Positions 39,106 through 48,900 of a stretch of 64,000 nt of DNA are shown one piece after another. The stretch comes from Bacteroidia bacterium (GTDB taxonomy: Bacteria > Bacteroidota > Bacteroidia > UKL13-3). The translations under genes and the position numbers were made by a program. Numbering within the stretch: position 1 is the stretch's first letter; each line of letters opens with the position of its first letter. The stretch covers positions 4,948-68,947 of the forward strand of contig JBBALJ010000005.1 of assembly GCA_040403075.1 (NCBI GenBank). Direction: 5' to 3'. The notes under the pieces are model-generated. The model was not told the DNA's origin and ran no database searches. It worked only from the letters and a program-made list of their open reading frames with translations.

Positions 39106-41973
39106 ATGCAAATCAACCCTAATCACAAAGACGAGTTTGTTTACCGCCACAATTCATCCATGAAACATGATACAAAAGCCATGTTAGATGTCGTGGGTGT
39201 TTCCACGGTAGATCAATTGATTGACGAAACCATTCCAGCTCACATTCGTTTGAAGCAACGCATGAGTTTGCCAGAACCTATGACGGAAGTGGAATTGTTG
39301 GCCATGTTAAGCGAAGTAGCTTCTAAAAATAAAATCTATAAAAATTTTATTGGACAAGGCTATTATGGAACAAATACCCCTTTAGTGGTTTTGCGTAATA
39401 TATTCGAAAATCCAGGTTGGTATACTGCTTACACACCATACCAAGCAGAGATTGCACAAGGCCGTTTAGAGGCTTTGTTGAATTACCAAACAATGGTTAT
39501 TGATTTAACAGGCATGGAAATAGCCAATGCCAGTTTGCTAGACGAAGGAACTGCTGCTGCTGAAGCCATGCACATGTTGCATGCTGAAGCTAAAAATGAT
39601 AAAGCCACTAAATTCTTTGTTTCGGAATTGTGTTTCCCTCAAACCATTGATGTTTTAAAAACTCGCACAGAACCAATTGGCGTAGAGTTGGTAGTAGGTG
39701 ACCATAACTCTGTAAAATTAGATGATACCTATTTTGGTGCATTGATTCAATATCCTGCTAAAAATGGTGAGGTTATTGATTATAGTGAATTCATGGCTAA
39801 AGCCATCGAGAACAAAGTATTGGTAGCAGTAGCCGCTGATTTGTTGTCATTAACCCTTTTAACACCTCCAGGTGAATGGGGTGCTGATGCCGTTGTAGGT
39901 TCAGCGCAACGTTTTGGGGTGCCAATGGGTTATGGTGGACCTCATGCAGGTTATTTTGCTACAAGAGATGCCTTCAAACGTCAAATGCCAGGTCGCCTAA
40001 TAGGTGTGTCTGTTGATAGCCAAGGCAACACTGCTTTGCGTATGGCTTTGCAAACACGTGAGCAACATATCAAACGCGAAAAAGCAACTTCAAATATTTG
40101 TACAGCTCAAGTATTGCTTTCTATTATGGCTAGTATGTATGGTGTTTACCATGGCCCTTCAGGCTTAAAAGGCATAGCTTCGCGTATTCATGGTTTAACA
40201 AAAAATCTTGCCGATGCATTAACAGCAACTGGTTTAAAAGTAACTAGCAAAAACTTCTTTGATACCATTTCGATTGAAGTAGCTGATAGCAATGCACTAA
40301 TGGCTGCATGTGAGAAAGCAGAAATCAATGTAAATAAATTAGATGCAACTCATGTAAGTATTTCCATAGACGAAACACATACACTGGCTGATGTAAATAC
40401 TTTGGCTACAATCATTAGTGGTAAAGCTGCTAATGTTCAATTGTCGTCATTCACTTCTAATTGGCCTAATAGCCTTCAACGTAAGAGTTCATACATGACA
40501 CATCTTGTGTTTAACTCACACCACAGTGAGCATGAAATTTTGCGTTATATCAAATCTTTGGAGGCAAAAGATTTATCTCTTTGTCAATCAATGATAGCCT
40601 TAGGTTCATGTACTATGAAACTAAATGCCACTGCTGAAATGATTCCCGTAACCATGCCTGGATTTGGCCAATTACATCCATTCATTCCTCGCAACCAAGC
40701 AGTAGGATATACCCAAATATTTAACGAATTGTCTGAATACCTTCAACAAATTACAGGTTTTGCAGGCATGAGTTTACAACCAAATTCTGGTGCATCAGGA
40801 GAATACGCAGGTTTAATGGTAATCAGAAAATATCTGAAATCAATAGGTCAAGGACATCGTAACATTGCCTTGATTCCATCATCTGCGCATGGCACCAACC
40901 CTGCAAGCGCAGCCATGGCTGGTATGAAGGTTGTAGTAACCAAAACTCTTGAGAATGGATATGTAGATATAGATGATTTGAAAGCAAAAGCTGAAGAACA
41001 TAAAGATAATTTAGCTTGCTTAATGATAACTTATCCTTCAACATACGGAATCTTCGAAGAACGTATCACTGAAGTTTGCGAATTGATTCATCAAAATGGT
41101 GGTCAAGTGTATATGGACGGTGCAAATATGAATGCCCAGGTAGGTCTTACAAGTCCTGCCAATATTGGTGCAGACGTTTGTCACTTAAACTTACATAAAA
41201 CATTCTGTATTCCTCACGGTGGTGGTGGACCTGGCATGGGACCTATCGGTGTTGCTAAACACTTAGTTCCTTTCTTGCCTGGTCATGCAGTAGTAGATAT
41301 GCAAGGTGGCGATAAGTCAATGAGTGCTGTAAGTGCTGCTCCTTGGGGCAGTGCATCTATTCTATTGATCTCGTATGCCTACATCCGCATGATGGGTACT
41401 GAAGGCTTGGAAGATGCTACTAAATATGCCATTCTAAATGCTAACTATATCAAAGCGCGTTTAGAAAAACATTACCAAATACTTTACGTAGGAAGTAAAG
41501 GTCGTTGTGCTCACGAAATGATTTTGGATACACGCGTGTTCAAAGGAGCAAGTGGGGTAGAGGCTGAAGATATTGCTAAACGTTTGATGGATTATGGTTT
41601 CCATGCTCCTACCATGAGTTTCCCTGTTGCAGGAACCATTATGATTGAGCCAACTGAAAGTGAGCCGAAATCTGAATTAGATCGTTTCTGCGCTGCCATG
41701 ATTGCTATTAGAAATGAAGTATCGGCTATTGAAAATGGTACTTCAGATAAGGCAGACAATGTATTGAAAAATGCACCTCATACAGCAAGTATGGTTACTG
41801 CTGATGCTTGGTCGCATGCATACAGCCGCCAAGAAGCTGCTTTCCCTTTACCTTATGTAAGAGCCAATAAATTCTGGCCTACTGTAGGTCGTGTGAATAA
41901 TACACATGGAGATAGAAACTTGATTTGCGCTTGTCTTCCTATTGAAGCCTACGCAGAACAAGCAAGTAACTAA
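39106..41973 (+). CDS. gcvP: glycine dehydrogenase (decarboxylating), single-chain P protein
   Basis: About 955 aa. PLP-lysine region [19 protein letters not shown] prefer the ATG at 39106 ([11 protein letters not shown]) over the TTG at 39070. Confidence 0.95.
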   Translation: MQINPNHKDEFVYRHNSSMKHDTKAMLDVVGVSTVDQLIDETIPAHIRLKQRMSLPEPMTEVELLAMLSEVASKNKIYKNFIGQGYYGTNTPLVVLRNIFENPGWYTAYTPYQAEIAQGRLEALLNYQTMVIDLTGMEIANASLLDEGTAAAEAMHMLHAEAKNDKATKFFVSELCFPQTIDVLKTRTEPIGVELVVGDHNSVKLDDTYFGALIQYPAKNGEVIDYSEFMAKAIENKVLVAVAADLLSLTLLTPPGEWGADAVVGSAQRFGVPMGYGGPHAGYFATRDAFKRQMPGRLIGVSVDSQGNTALRMALQTREQHIKREKATSNICTAQVLLSIMASMYGVYHGPSGLKGIASRIHGLTKNLADALTATGLKVTSKNFFDTISIEVADSNALMAACEKAEINVNKLDATHVSISIDETHTLADVNTLATIISGKAANVQLSSFTSNWPNSLQRKSSYMTHLVFNSHHSEHEILRYIKSLEAKDLSLCQSMIALGSCTMKLNATAEMIPVTMPGFGQLHPFIPRNQAVGYTQIFNELSEYLQQITGFAGMSLQPNSGASGEYAGLMVIRKYLKSIGQGHRNIALIPSSAHGTNPASAAMAGMKVVVTKTLENGYVDIDDLKAKAEEHKDNLACLMITYPSTYGIFEERITEVCELIHQNGGQVYMDGANMNAQVGLTSPANIGADVCHLNLHKTFCIPHGGGGPGMGPIGVAKHLVPFLPGHAVVDMQGGDKSMSAVSAAPWGSASILLISYAYIRMMGTEGLEDATKYAILNANYIKARLEKHYQILYVGSKGRCAHEMILDTRVFKGASGVEAEDIAKRLMDYGFHAPTMSFPVAGTIMIEPTESEPKSELDRFCAAMIAIRNEVSAIENGTSDKADNVLKNAPHTASMVTADAWSHAYSRQEAAFPLPYVRANKFWPTVGRVNNTHGDRNLICACLPIEAYAEQASN

Positions 41974-41995
41974 TTTGAATTTTTTATGATATAGA

Positions 41996-42023
41996 AAAGC
42001 CAAGCGAGAGCTTGGCTTTTTTG
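41996..42023. terminator. bidirectional rho-independent terminator (gcvP / giant gene A)
   Basis: aaa GCCAAGC gaga GCTTGGC tttttt. Confidence 0.8.
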
Positions 42024-42035
42024 TTTGAAAATTCG

Positions 42036-45000
42036 CTATCTAATCACAACTTGCTTAATCAACTCTTCCGAATCTGAATGTATTTTCAACACATACATGC
42101 CTGCACTCAAATTGGTGTTAATCGGAATTTCAATCTCACCGATAGCCAGTTCGCAGGCATTGCTCCAAACCTCTTGTCCTAGCATATTGTATAAGCTAAA
42201 TTTTGATGAAGACTTTCTATTGCTTTCTAATTTTATGATGAAATCGCCATGGTTTGGATTCGGGTATATGCTGAAGTTGTTACCTGCATCATGCTTATCA
42301 AATCCTGAATTACTGGTAATCGTCACGTCAAGCGATGCAGTATCAATGCAGAAATAGGTATTCGTTCCAATTACACTTACACTGCCATTACCCAAACTGT
42401 TCCATTTTACTTCCACTGCACTTGTTCCTTGACCGCTAACAATAGCGCCATTAATAGTACTCCATACATAACTAATATTTGCTAATTGGGTTAATGAATA
42501 AGAGTAAATACTATTTGTTTTTAAATTTACTTTTTGACCTGCAATGTTTGCAACAACTGGTAGCGGATTAATGGTAACTGGTTTAGTTGTGAAATTATTG
42601 CCTAAAATAGCCCCAGATGAAAATGTAATACTATTTAGGTCAATTGGAGATACGCTTATGACTTTATTATTGGCTTTACAAGGTAAGTCAATAGTAATGA
42701 AAAGATAGTGTTTGCCTGTATCTATGCCCTTATTCAATCCTTGAAAGCTTATTAAACCCGGGTCTATATCTAAAGTTTTAGATCCTAATAATATGGGTGT
42801 ACCACTGGTTAAAATAGGACTATTATGATACCATAGCTTCATGTTATTTAGATCCTCAGTCTTGTAAGTCCCAATTGTAGCAAAATTAACTGCTTTTATA
42901 GTGCTTGAAAATCTTTGAACATTCAAGTTGATTTTATAAATTACTATGTTGCTTGCCCCCTTTGATGGAATAATCTGTTGAGGGTCCGAATTTGATAAAA
43001 GTATGAGTGGGATATTGCTTTGAACTTGAACCAATATTTCGCTAGAATCACTGCACGATTGAGAATTATATGCAATTACCTTTAATTTTCCCATACCTGA
43101 TTTTGTCCACATTACCATTACACTATTGCTTCCTTGACCTGAATTGATTATTCCATTTTCAACTATCCAAACATAATTAACATTATTTTTTTTGCTTACT
43201 CGATAAATGTAATTTACACTGTCAATAACAGAGGTTAACTCTCCATTTATGTTATCAACTAATGTATCAGACCCAATGTTTATCTTGCTTCTTTCATTAT
43301 TCACAATCATACTTTTACCGATGTCTGCTAAAAAGAAAAGGTCGTTTTTAACAATTGAATCAACAATAAGAATGCTGTTTTTTGAGCCACATGAAATATC
43401 AGTAGTAAGAAAGAAATAATGTTTGCCTAAACCCAAATTTTGATTTAGAAAACTAATAGTTTGAAGTGAGGCATTTAGGTTGTTGGTTTTTGTTGCCAAA
43501 AGGATAGGAATCCCAGTTGAAAATGATGAGTTGTTATGATACCAAATTTTGAAATTGCGAATATCAGTAATTGAATAGTTACCATAAGTTCTGAATTGAA
43601 TGCCATTAATATCAATTGGGTTACATAAAATATTGAAATCTAATCGGTATAAAATGACATTGTTAGTTCCTCTGCTTGGTAATGTATCGGGCGCAGTTAA
43701 ACTTGATATAATATTACATGAAAGATTCGCTGAAATGTTTACATAAAGCAAAATCGTATCTTTACAAGAAAAAGCTCCATTAGTTATTAATTGAATGGAA
43801 CCTTGAGTAAATTTATGCCATTCAATTATCACTTTATTTGTTCCTTGACCACTTAAAATAGTTCCATTCGAAACATTCCAATTATAGCTAGTGTTTGATT
43901 TAAAATCTACACTATAGGTATATGGTACATTTTCTAAAATGTCCATTGCTGGTCCAGAAATATCACCAATACTTGGTTGAATTATTATGCTGCATGATTT
44001 GAATGTTTTAACAATTTGCTTTGTGGTGTTAAAAAAAATGTCCTCACACAATGTAATGATTGTTTTTTTTGCACTAATACATAACAAATCACTTGTTAGA
44101 AAAATATAATTATACCCAATATTAAAATTTTGATTGAGCCCTGAAAATAAATGCGTTCCTGTATCTAATCCTATTGTTTTATTTGATAAAAGAATAGGGC
44201 TACCAGTTGTTAAAAGAGAATCTGTGTTGAACCAAAGTTTTAGATTAGCTATATCAGCAGAACCAAAACTACCTAATAACTTAAAGCGAATGCTTTGAAG
44301 ACTCATTCCAGATTCTAGGCAAGAGATGGGAACTTTGATACGATATAAAATCACATTGTTTGTGTTGGCCTGTGGTTTATTATTAGTTAAATCTAAATTG
44401 CTTGCTTGAAATAAAGTTGTTGTGTCGATATTTCCATTATATATACTTCCATTGGAACCAATAGCAAACTCATGATAATTATATAAATCAATAAAGTTAA
44501 CAATATCTTGTGAAAAGGGATTTTGACCAAATGCTTTTGAAACACTCTTAACATGCCATTTTCCTGATCTGTTTTTACCAGCAATATAGGAGTTGCCTCT
44601 TGCAAAGGATGGCAATTCATTTTCCATTTTCCATTCAAATTTCAAATTTAGTTTACTACCTTTATTTTGTAATTCTCTTATTTCCCAAGTTTTATTTACA
44701 ACGTTATTATTAATGATATTTCCAGATGAATCTGTGACACCTTTTTTTATAGACATCGCAAAGTCATTATTGGTACAAATGTTCTGCATGAATACTGGGT
44801 TATAGTCGCTAATAGTTCCAATAGGGAAGGAGATAATCCCCGATTTTCCGCTGCTTCCTATGTTATTAATAATCATCTTACCTATATCATCAATTACGAC
44901 ATAAGCTGAATCGTTTTCACCTTTACTGATTCCATTAGTTTCAAGCACCATATTATTCGTACCTAAAATAAATTTACCTTTTGTAAAACTTAACACTTCT

Positions 45001-45956
45001 GAAACATTTGCATTGGATCCTAGATAAACATGAAAGGGGTTTTTATGAATTAGGTTTTTAGATGCAATAGGACTTAGTGTGTTTTGACTTCTTGCAGTGC
45101 CAGGGATATCGTTTCCCTTGAATTGAATGCTTCCTTTGCTGGCATTAAGCAAACCTAAATTAATGAAATCAGCTCTGATACTTAGTGTGTCATTTCCATT
45201 CAATATATGTTTGCTAGTTGGGAAAAGGTTATAACCCCGTATATCAAGCTTGCCGGTAAAGGTTCCATTATATATACTAACCTCATGGTATTTATCTAAT
45301 ACTGCGCTTGTGTCTTCCCCTGTTTTTTGAGATTTGGTTAACCATTGTGTTCCATTCCAATATGAAGGTGTATAACAGTATTTTTGATTTGCTCCAGCAG
45401 CTGCATATATTCCAGTTGTGTAATAATTCACAACTTGTGTTTGACCCCCATTTAATGGATCTGAATAGTTAAATCCTGCCCCTAAAGGTGCTGCAAATTT
45501 CCATGCAAAATTAGGAGTTTGAGTGGTTGAAAAAGCAACAGAGTTGGTTAAACGATAGGTATATAATTTCACCCTAGATCCAGATTTCACCTGTGTGCTT
45601 AATCCTAAAGACCCAGAAGTAATAGTATTTCGCCACCATTCATTATTGGTGCTTGATTGAACATAATATTGAATGATTGTATTTTGTTGTGATGGTACCA
45701 TTTCTGAAGATAATTGGCTTATGGTAATGGTACCACCATTTCTCCAAAATGGATTTACAAAAAAAGCAATCGTGCCAGCCCTTAATTCAAAATCAAATGT
45801 GTCAATATTATATAAATACACATCAAATTGGTAGGTGTTAGGACTAGTTAACCTCTCATTTTCCAACCTCCATTCAATCTTGGGAAGTTGAGCTTTAGCA
45901 TACGCACAAAATATGTTGAATAGAAAAACAAACAATATGAATTTGAGCGTTTTCAT
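42036..45956 (-). CDS. giant secreted repeat protein A (3 two-part modules) with type-A T9SS C-terminal domain
   Basis: 1306-aa ORF with a signal peptide (..CAYAKAQ). The ~500-aa N-terminal region is paralogous to the neighbouring gene. Three NV(I/V)LYR.../...SGQG(T/S) modules. C-terminus IYPNPNHGDFIIKLES...GMYVLKIHSDSEELIKQVVIR. Confidence 0.85.
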   Translation of the reverse strand: MKTLKFILFVFLFNIFCAYAKAQLPKIEWRLENERLTSPNTYQFDVYLYNIDTFDFELRAGTIAFFVNPFWRNGGTITISQLSSEMVPSQQNTIIQYYVQSSTNNEWWRNTITSGSLGLSTQVKSGSRVKLYTYRLTNSVAFSTTQTPNFAWKFAAPLGAGFNYSDPLNGGQTQVVNYYTTGIYAAAGANQKYCYTPSYWNGTQWLTKSQKTGEDTSAVLDKYHEVSIYNGTFTGKLDIRGYNLFPTSKHILNGNDTLSIRADFINLGLLNASKGSIQFKGNDIPGTARSQNTLSPIASKNLIHKNPFHVYLGSNANVSEVLSFTKGKFILGTNNMVLETNGISKGENDSAYVVIDDIGKMIINNIGSSGKSGIISFPIGTISDYNPVFMQNICTNNDFAMSIKKGVTDSSGNIINNNVVNKTWEIRELQNKGSKLNLKFEWKMENELPSFARGNSYIAGKNRSGKWHVKSVSKAFGQNPFSQDIVNFIDLYNYHEFAIGSNGSIYNGNIDTTTLFQASNLDLTNNKPQANTNNVILYRIKVPISCLESGMSLQSIRFKLLGSFGSADIANLKLWFNTDSLLTTGSPILLSNKTIGLDTGTHLFSGLNQNFNIGYNYIFLTSDLLCISAKKTIITLCEDIFFNTTKQIVKTFKSCSIIIQPSIGDISGPAMDILENVPYTYSVDFKSNTSYNWNVSNGTILSGQGTNKVIIEWHKFTQGSIQLITNGAFSCKDTILLYVNISANLSCNIISSLTAPDTLPSRGTNNVILYRLDFNILCNPIDINGIQFRTYGNYSITDIRNFKIWYHNNSSFSTGIPILLATKTNNLNASLQTISFLNQNLGLGKHYFFLTTDISCGSKNSILIVDSIVKNDLFFLADIGKSMIVNNERSKINIGSDTLVDNINGELTSVIDSVNYIYRVSKKNNVNYVWIVENGIINSGQGSNSVMVMWTKSGMGKLKVIAYNSQSCSDSSEILVQVQSNIPLILLSNSDPQQIIPSKGASNIVIYKINLNVQRFSSTIKAVNFATIGTYKTEDLNNMKLWYHNSPILTSGTPILLGSKTLDIDPGLISFQGLNKGIDTGKHYLFITIDLPCKANNKVISVSPIDLNSITFSSGAILGNNFTTKPVTINPLPVVANIAGQKVNLKTNSIYSYSLTQLANISYVWSTINGAIVSGQGTSAVEVKWNSLGNGSVSVIGTNTYFCIDTASLDVTITSNSGFDKHDAGNNFSIYPNPNHGDFIIKLESNRKSSSKFSLYNMLGQEVWSNACELAIGEIEIPINTNLSAGMYVLKIHSDSEELIKQVVIR
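42310..44385 (-). repeat. intragenic tandem array, about 3 x ~705-711 bp
   Basis: The GQG(T/S) codon block recurs at 43836, 43125 and 42420, with spacings of 711 and 705 bp. Array ends are approximate. Confidence 0.8.
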
Positions 45957-45963
45957 GATTTTA

Positions 45964-48900
45964 TCATTTTATCACCAATGTTTTGATGACTTGCTCATTA
46001 TCACTTTTTATTTTAAGCAAATAAATGCCAGTATTCAATTTAGAATCAATATCTATTTTCTGTTTACCTGTAACTGTTAATAGTTTTTCAGTCCAAACTT
46101 CCTGACCTATTAGATTGCAAATGCTAAAGATGGCTTCCGATTTTGTGATTGAATTAATTTGAATGGTAAATTGACCATTGTTTGGATTAGGAAATATTTC
46201 AACCTCTGATAAATTTTTAATATTTTCAATACCCGTTCTATTAGTAAAAATATTTAAATTCAACTGAGCTGAATCAGAACATTGAAATTGATTAGTTGCT
46301 ACTATTTTAACTGAACCTTGTCCTTCTGATAGCCAATTTAAAGTTATGGCATTTGTACCCTGACCACTAATGATAACACCATTCGTAACATGCCATTCAT
46401 AATTTGCAATTTCTTGTTGAACAACACTATATGCGTAATTCAGTTTGGTTCGCACATTGTTTGTTTGACCGTCAATGTTGTTTACTATTGGTAAAGGATT
46501 AATAGTAACTGGCTTACTAATAAAATCAGCACTTTTTATGATACCATAATTAAACGAAATATCATCTTGGGTTAGTGCGTTAAAGTATATCACCTTATTA
46601 TTAGCTCCACATGGAATATCTGCTGTAATAAAAATAAAATGCGAATCAACAGGTAGAGTTCTGGTTAAATTGTAAAATTCTTGTATGCCTGCTCCTGTAT
46701 TCGCAGTTTTGGTATCAAGTAAAATAGGGGTGCCAACTTTAAAGGATGGTTTATTGTGATACCATATCTTAAAATTACTAATATCAGAATCTTCATAAGT
46801 ACCTCCGGTTTTAAACTTTATTCCCGCCAAAACTGCATCATAGCTTTCAACTTTTATATCAATTCGATATAGCACAATATTGTTCTGTCCTTTTGATGGT
46901 ATTGGTTGTGGTGCAGTCCCGTTTTTTAGTGAAATGATAGGGGAATTGTTTGTTACAATTACCGATTTGTTACTCGATGCGCTACATTGGTTTACATTGG
47001 TGGCATCTGCCATTATCGAACCAGGTCCTGAATCAAACCACTGAACTGTGATACTATTTGTACCTTGTCCACTAACCACTGTACCATTCGTAACTGTCCA
47101 ATTATAAAATGTGCCTGGCACTAAGGTTACATTGTAGGTATATACTGAACTTGTGAATACATTTTGTTGTCCAACAATATTGTCAATAATAGCGGTGTTG
47201 TTAATACTAACAGTGCTCGAAGCAAAGGTGCTTCCAACAGGAGTTCCTGACGATAAACCCACATCCGTATTCGTAATTGCTTTTACAATGATATCTTTTT
47301 TATTAGCAACACAGCTTATATCAGCAGTAAGGAAAATATAATTTGATCCATTTGGAAGTGGGGTGGCAAAAAATGTAAACTTTTGTATTCCTGGATTTAA
47401 ATTGGTGGTTTTAGTTGACAATAAGATAGGCGCACCACTTTTAAAATTTGTGCTGTTGTGGTACCAAATTTTGAAATTTGAAATGTCGTTTGAATTATAA
47501 TTTCCCTGTGTTGTAAATTGTAAAGAGTTAATTAGAGGCGAATTGCAACTTACATTTAGATCGACCCGATATAAGACTACATTTTTTGCCCCTCGAGTAG
47601 GATTGTTAATTGGTGCGATTCCGTTTGCAACACTAACACATCCTGGATTGTTTGAAATTGTTACTTGAAGTTGACTCGTATCAAGACACATTTGAGCATT
47701 CTGACCAACCAATAAAATATTCCCAATACCATTGTTTAGCCATTCTACTGTAATTTCATTTGTACCTTGCCCACTTGTAATATTCCCGTTTGTTACAATC
47801 CATTGATAGGTGATATTTGGCAAAGGACTAACATTGTATTTGTAGGAAATATTTGTAGAAGCATTAATATTCGGTCCTTTTATGCTATCAACCAAATCTG
47901 CTTGATTTATATTAATCAAACTTGAGCTAAATCCATTACTTGTTGAATTGCCAGTGCTAAATAGTATGTCATTTGTATTTATTGGATTAATAATAATATT
48001 GCTACTTATAGGAGAACATAGCAAGTTTGCAGTAATAAAAATATAACTTTTTCCAATGGGTAATGTTAAATTCAAACTAAGAAAATTTTGATTTCCTGGA
48101 CCTAATCCATTGGTTTTACTATCTATTAAAATAGGTTTTCCGATATTAAACAAACTGTCGGTGTGAAACCATATTTTTAGACTGTCTATTTCATTGCCAG
48201 TATAGCCGCCTGATGTAACAAATTTTAATGATTTAAGCAATGTTGGGATACATGAAACAGACACGTTTATTCTGTATAGAACAACATTTTTAGTTCCCAT
48301 AATTGGGTTGTTATCTGGAGCTGTTCCGCTTGATAGTTGTATACAATTTGGATTGTAAGATATATTAAGACTAAAGGAAGCAGTGTCATTGCAAAGCAAT
48401 TGGTTAGTGCCTTCAACAAACAATCGTCCAATTCCTAAGCTATCCCATTGAACCGAAATGCTATTTGTTCCTTGACCACTTAAGATAGTACCATTTGTAA
48501 TGGCCCAATTATAATTAGTTTGGGATTGGTTTTTTACAGAATAGTTATATACCGTGTTTGTGTATATATTTGATTTTGGTCCGACAATACTATCAATAAT
48601 ATCCAATTCATTATAATTAACAGTACTTGATGTAAATCCATTTCCTGATGAATTTCCTGTTGAAAATGCAAGGTTGTTTAAACCAATTGCCTTTATAATG
48701 ATTGAACCTGATTTAGCTTTACATTGAATATCAGTAGTAATGAAAATGTAGCCTAAGCCTTTTTGATAAATTTGATTTAATGACGTGAAATTTTGAAAGC
48801 CAGTGTCTAAATTACTAGTTTTGCTTGATAATAAAACAGGGGTTCCTATATCAAATGCAGAATTTGTATGAAACCATATTTTAAAATTATCAATATCACT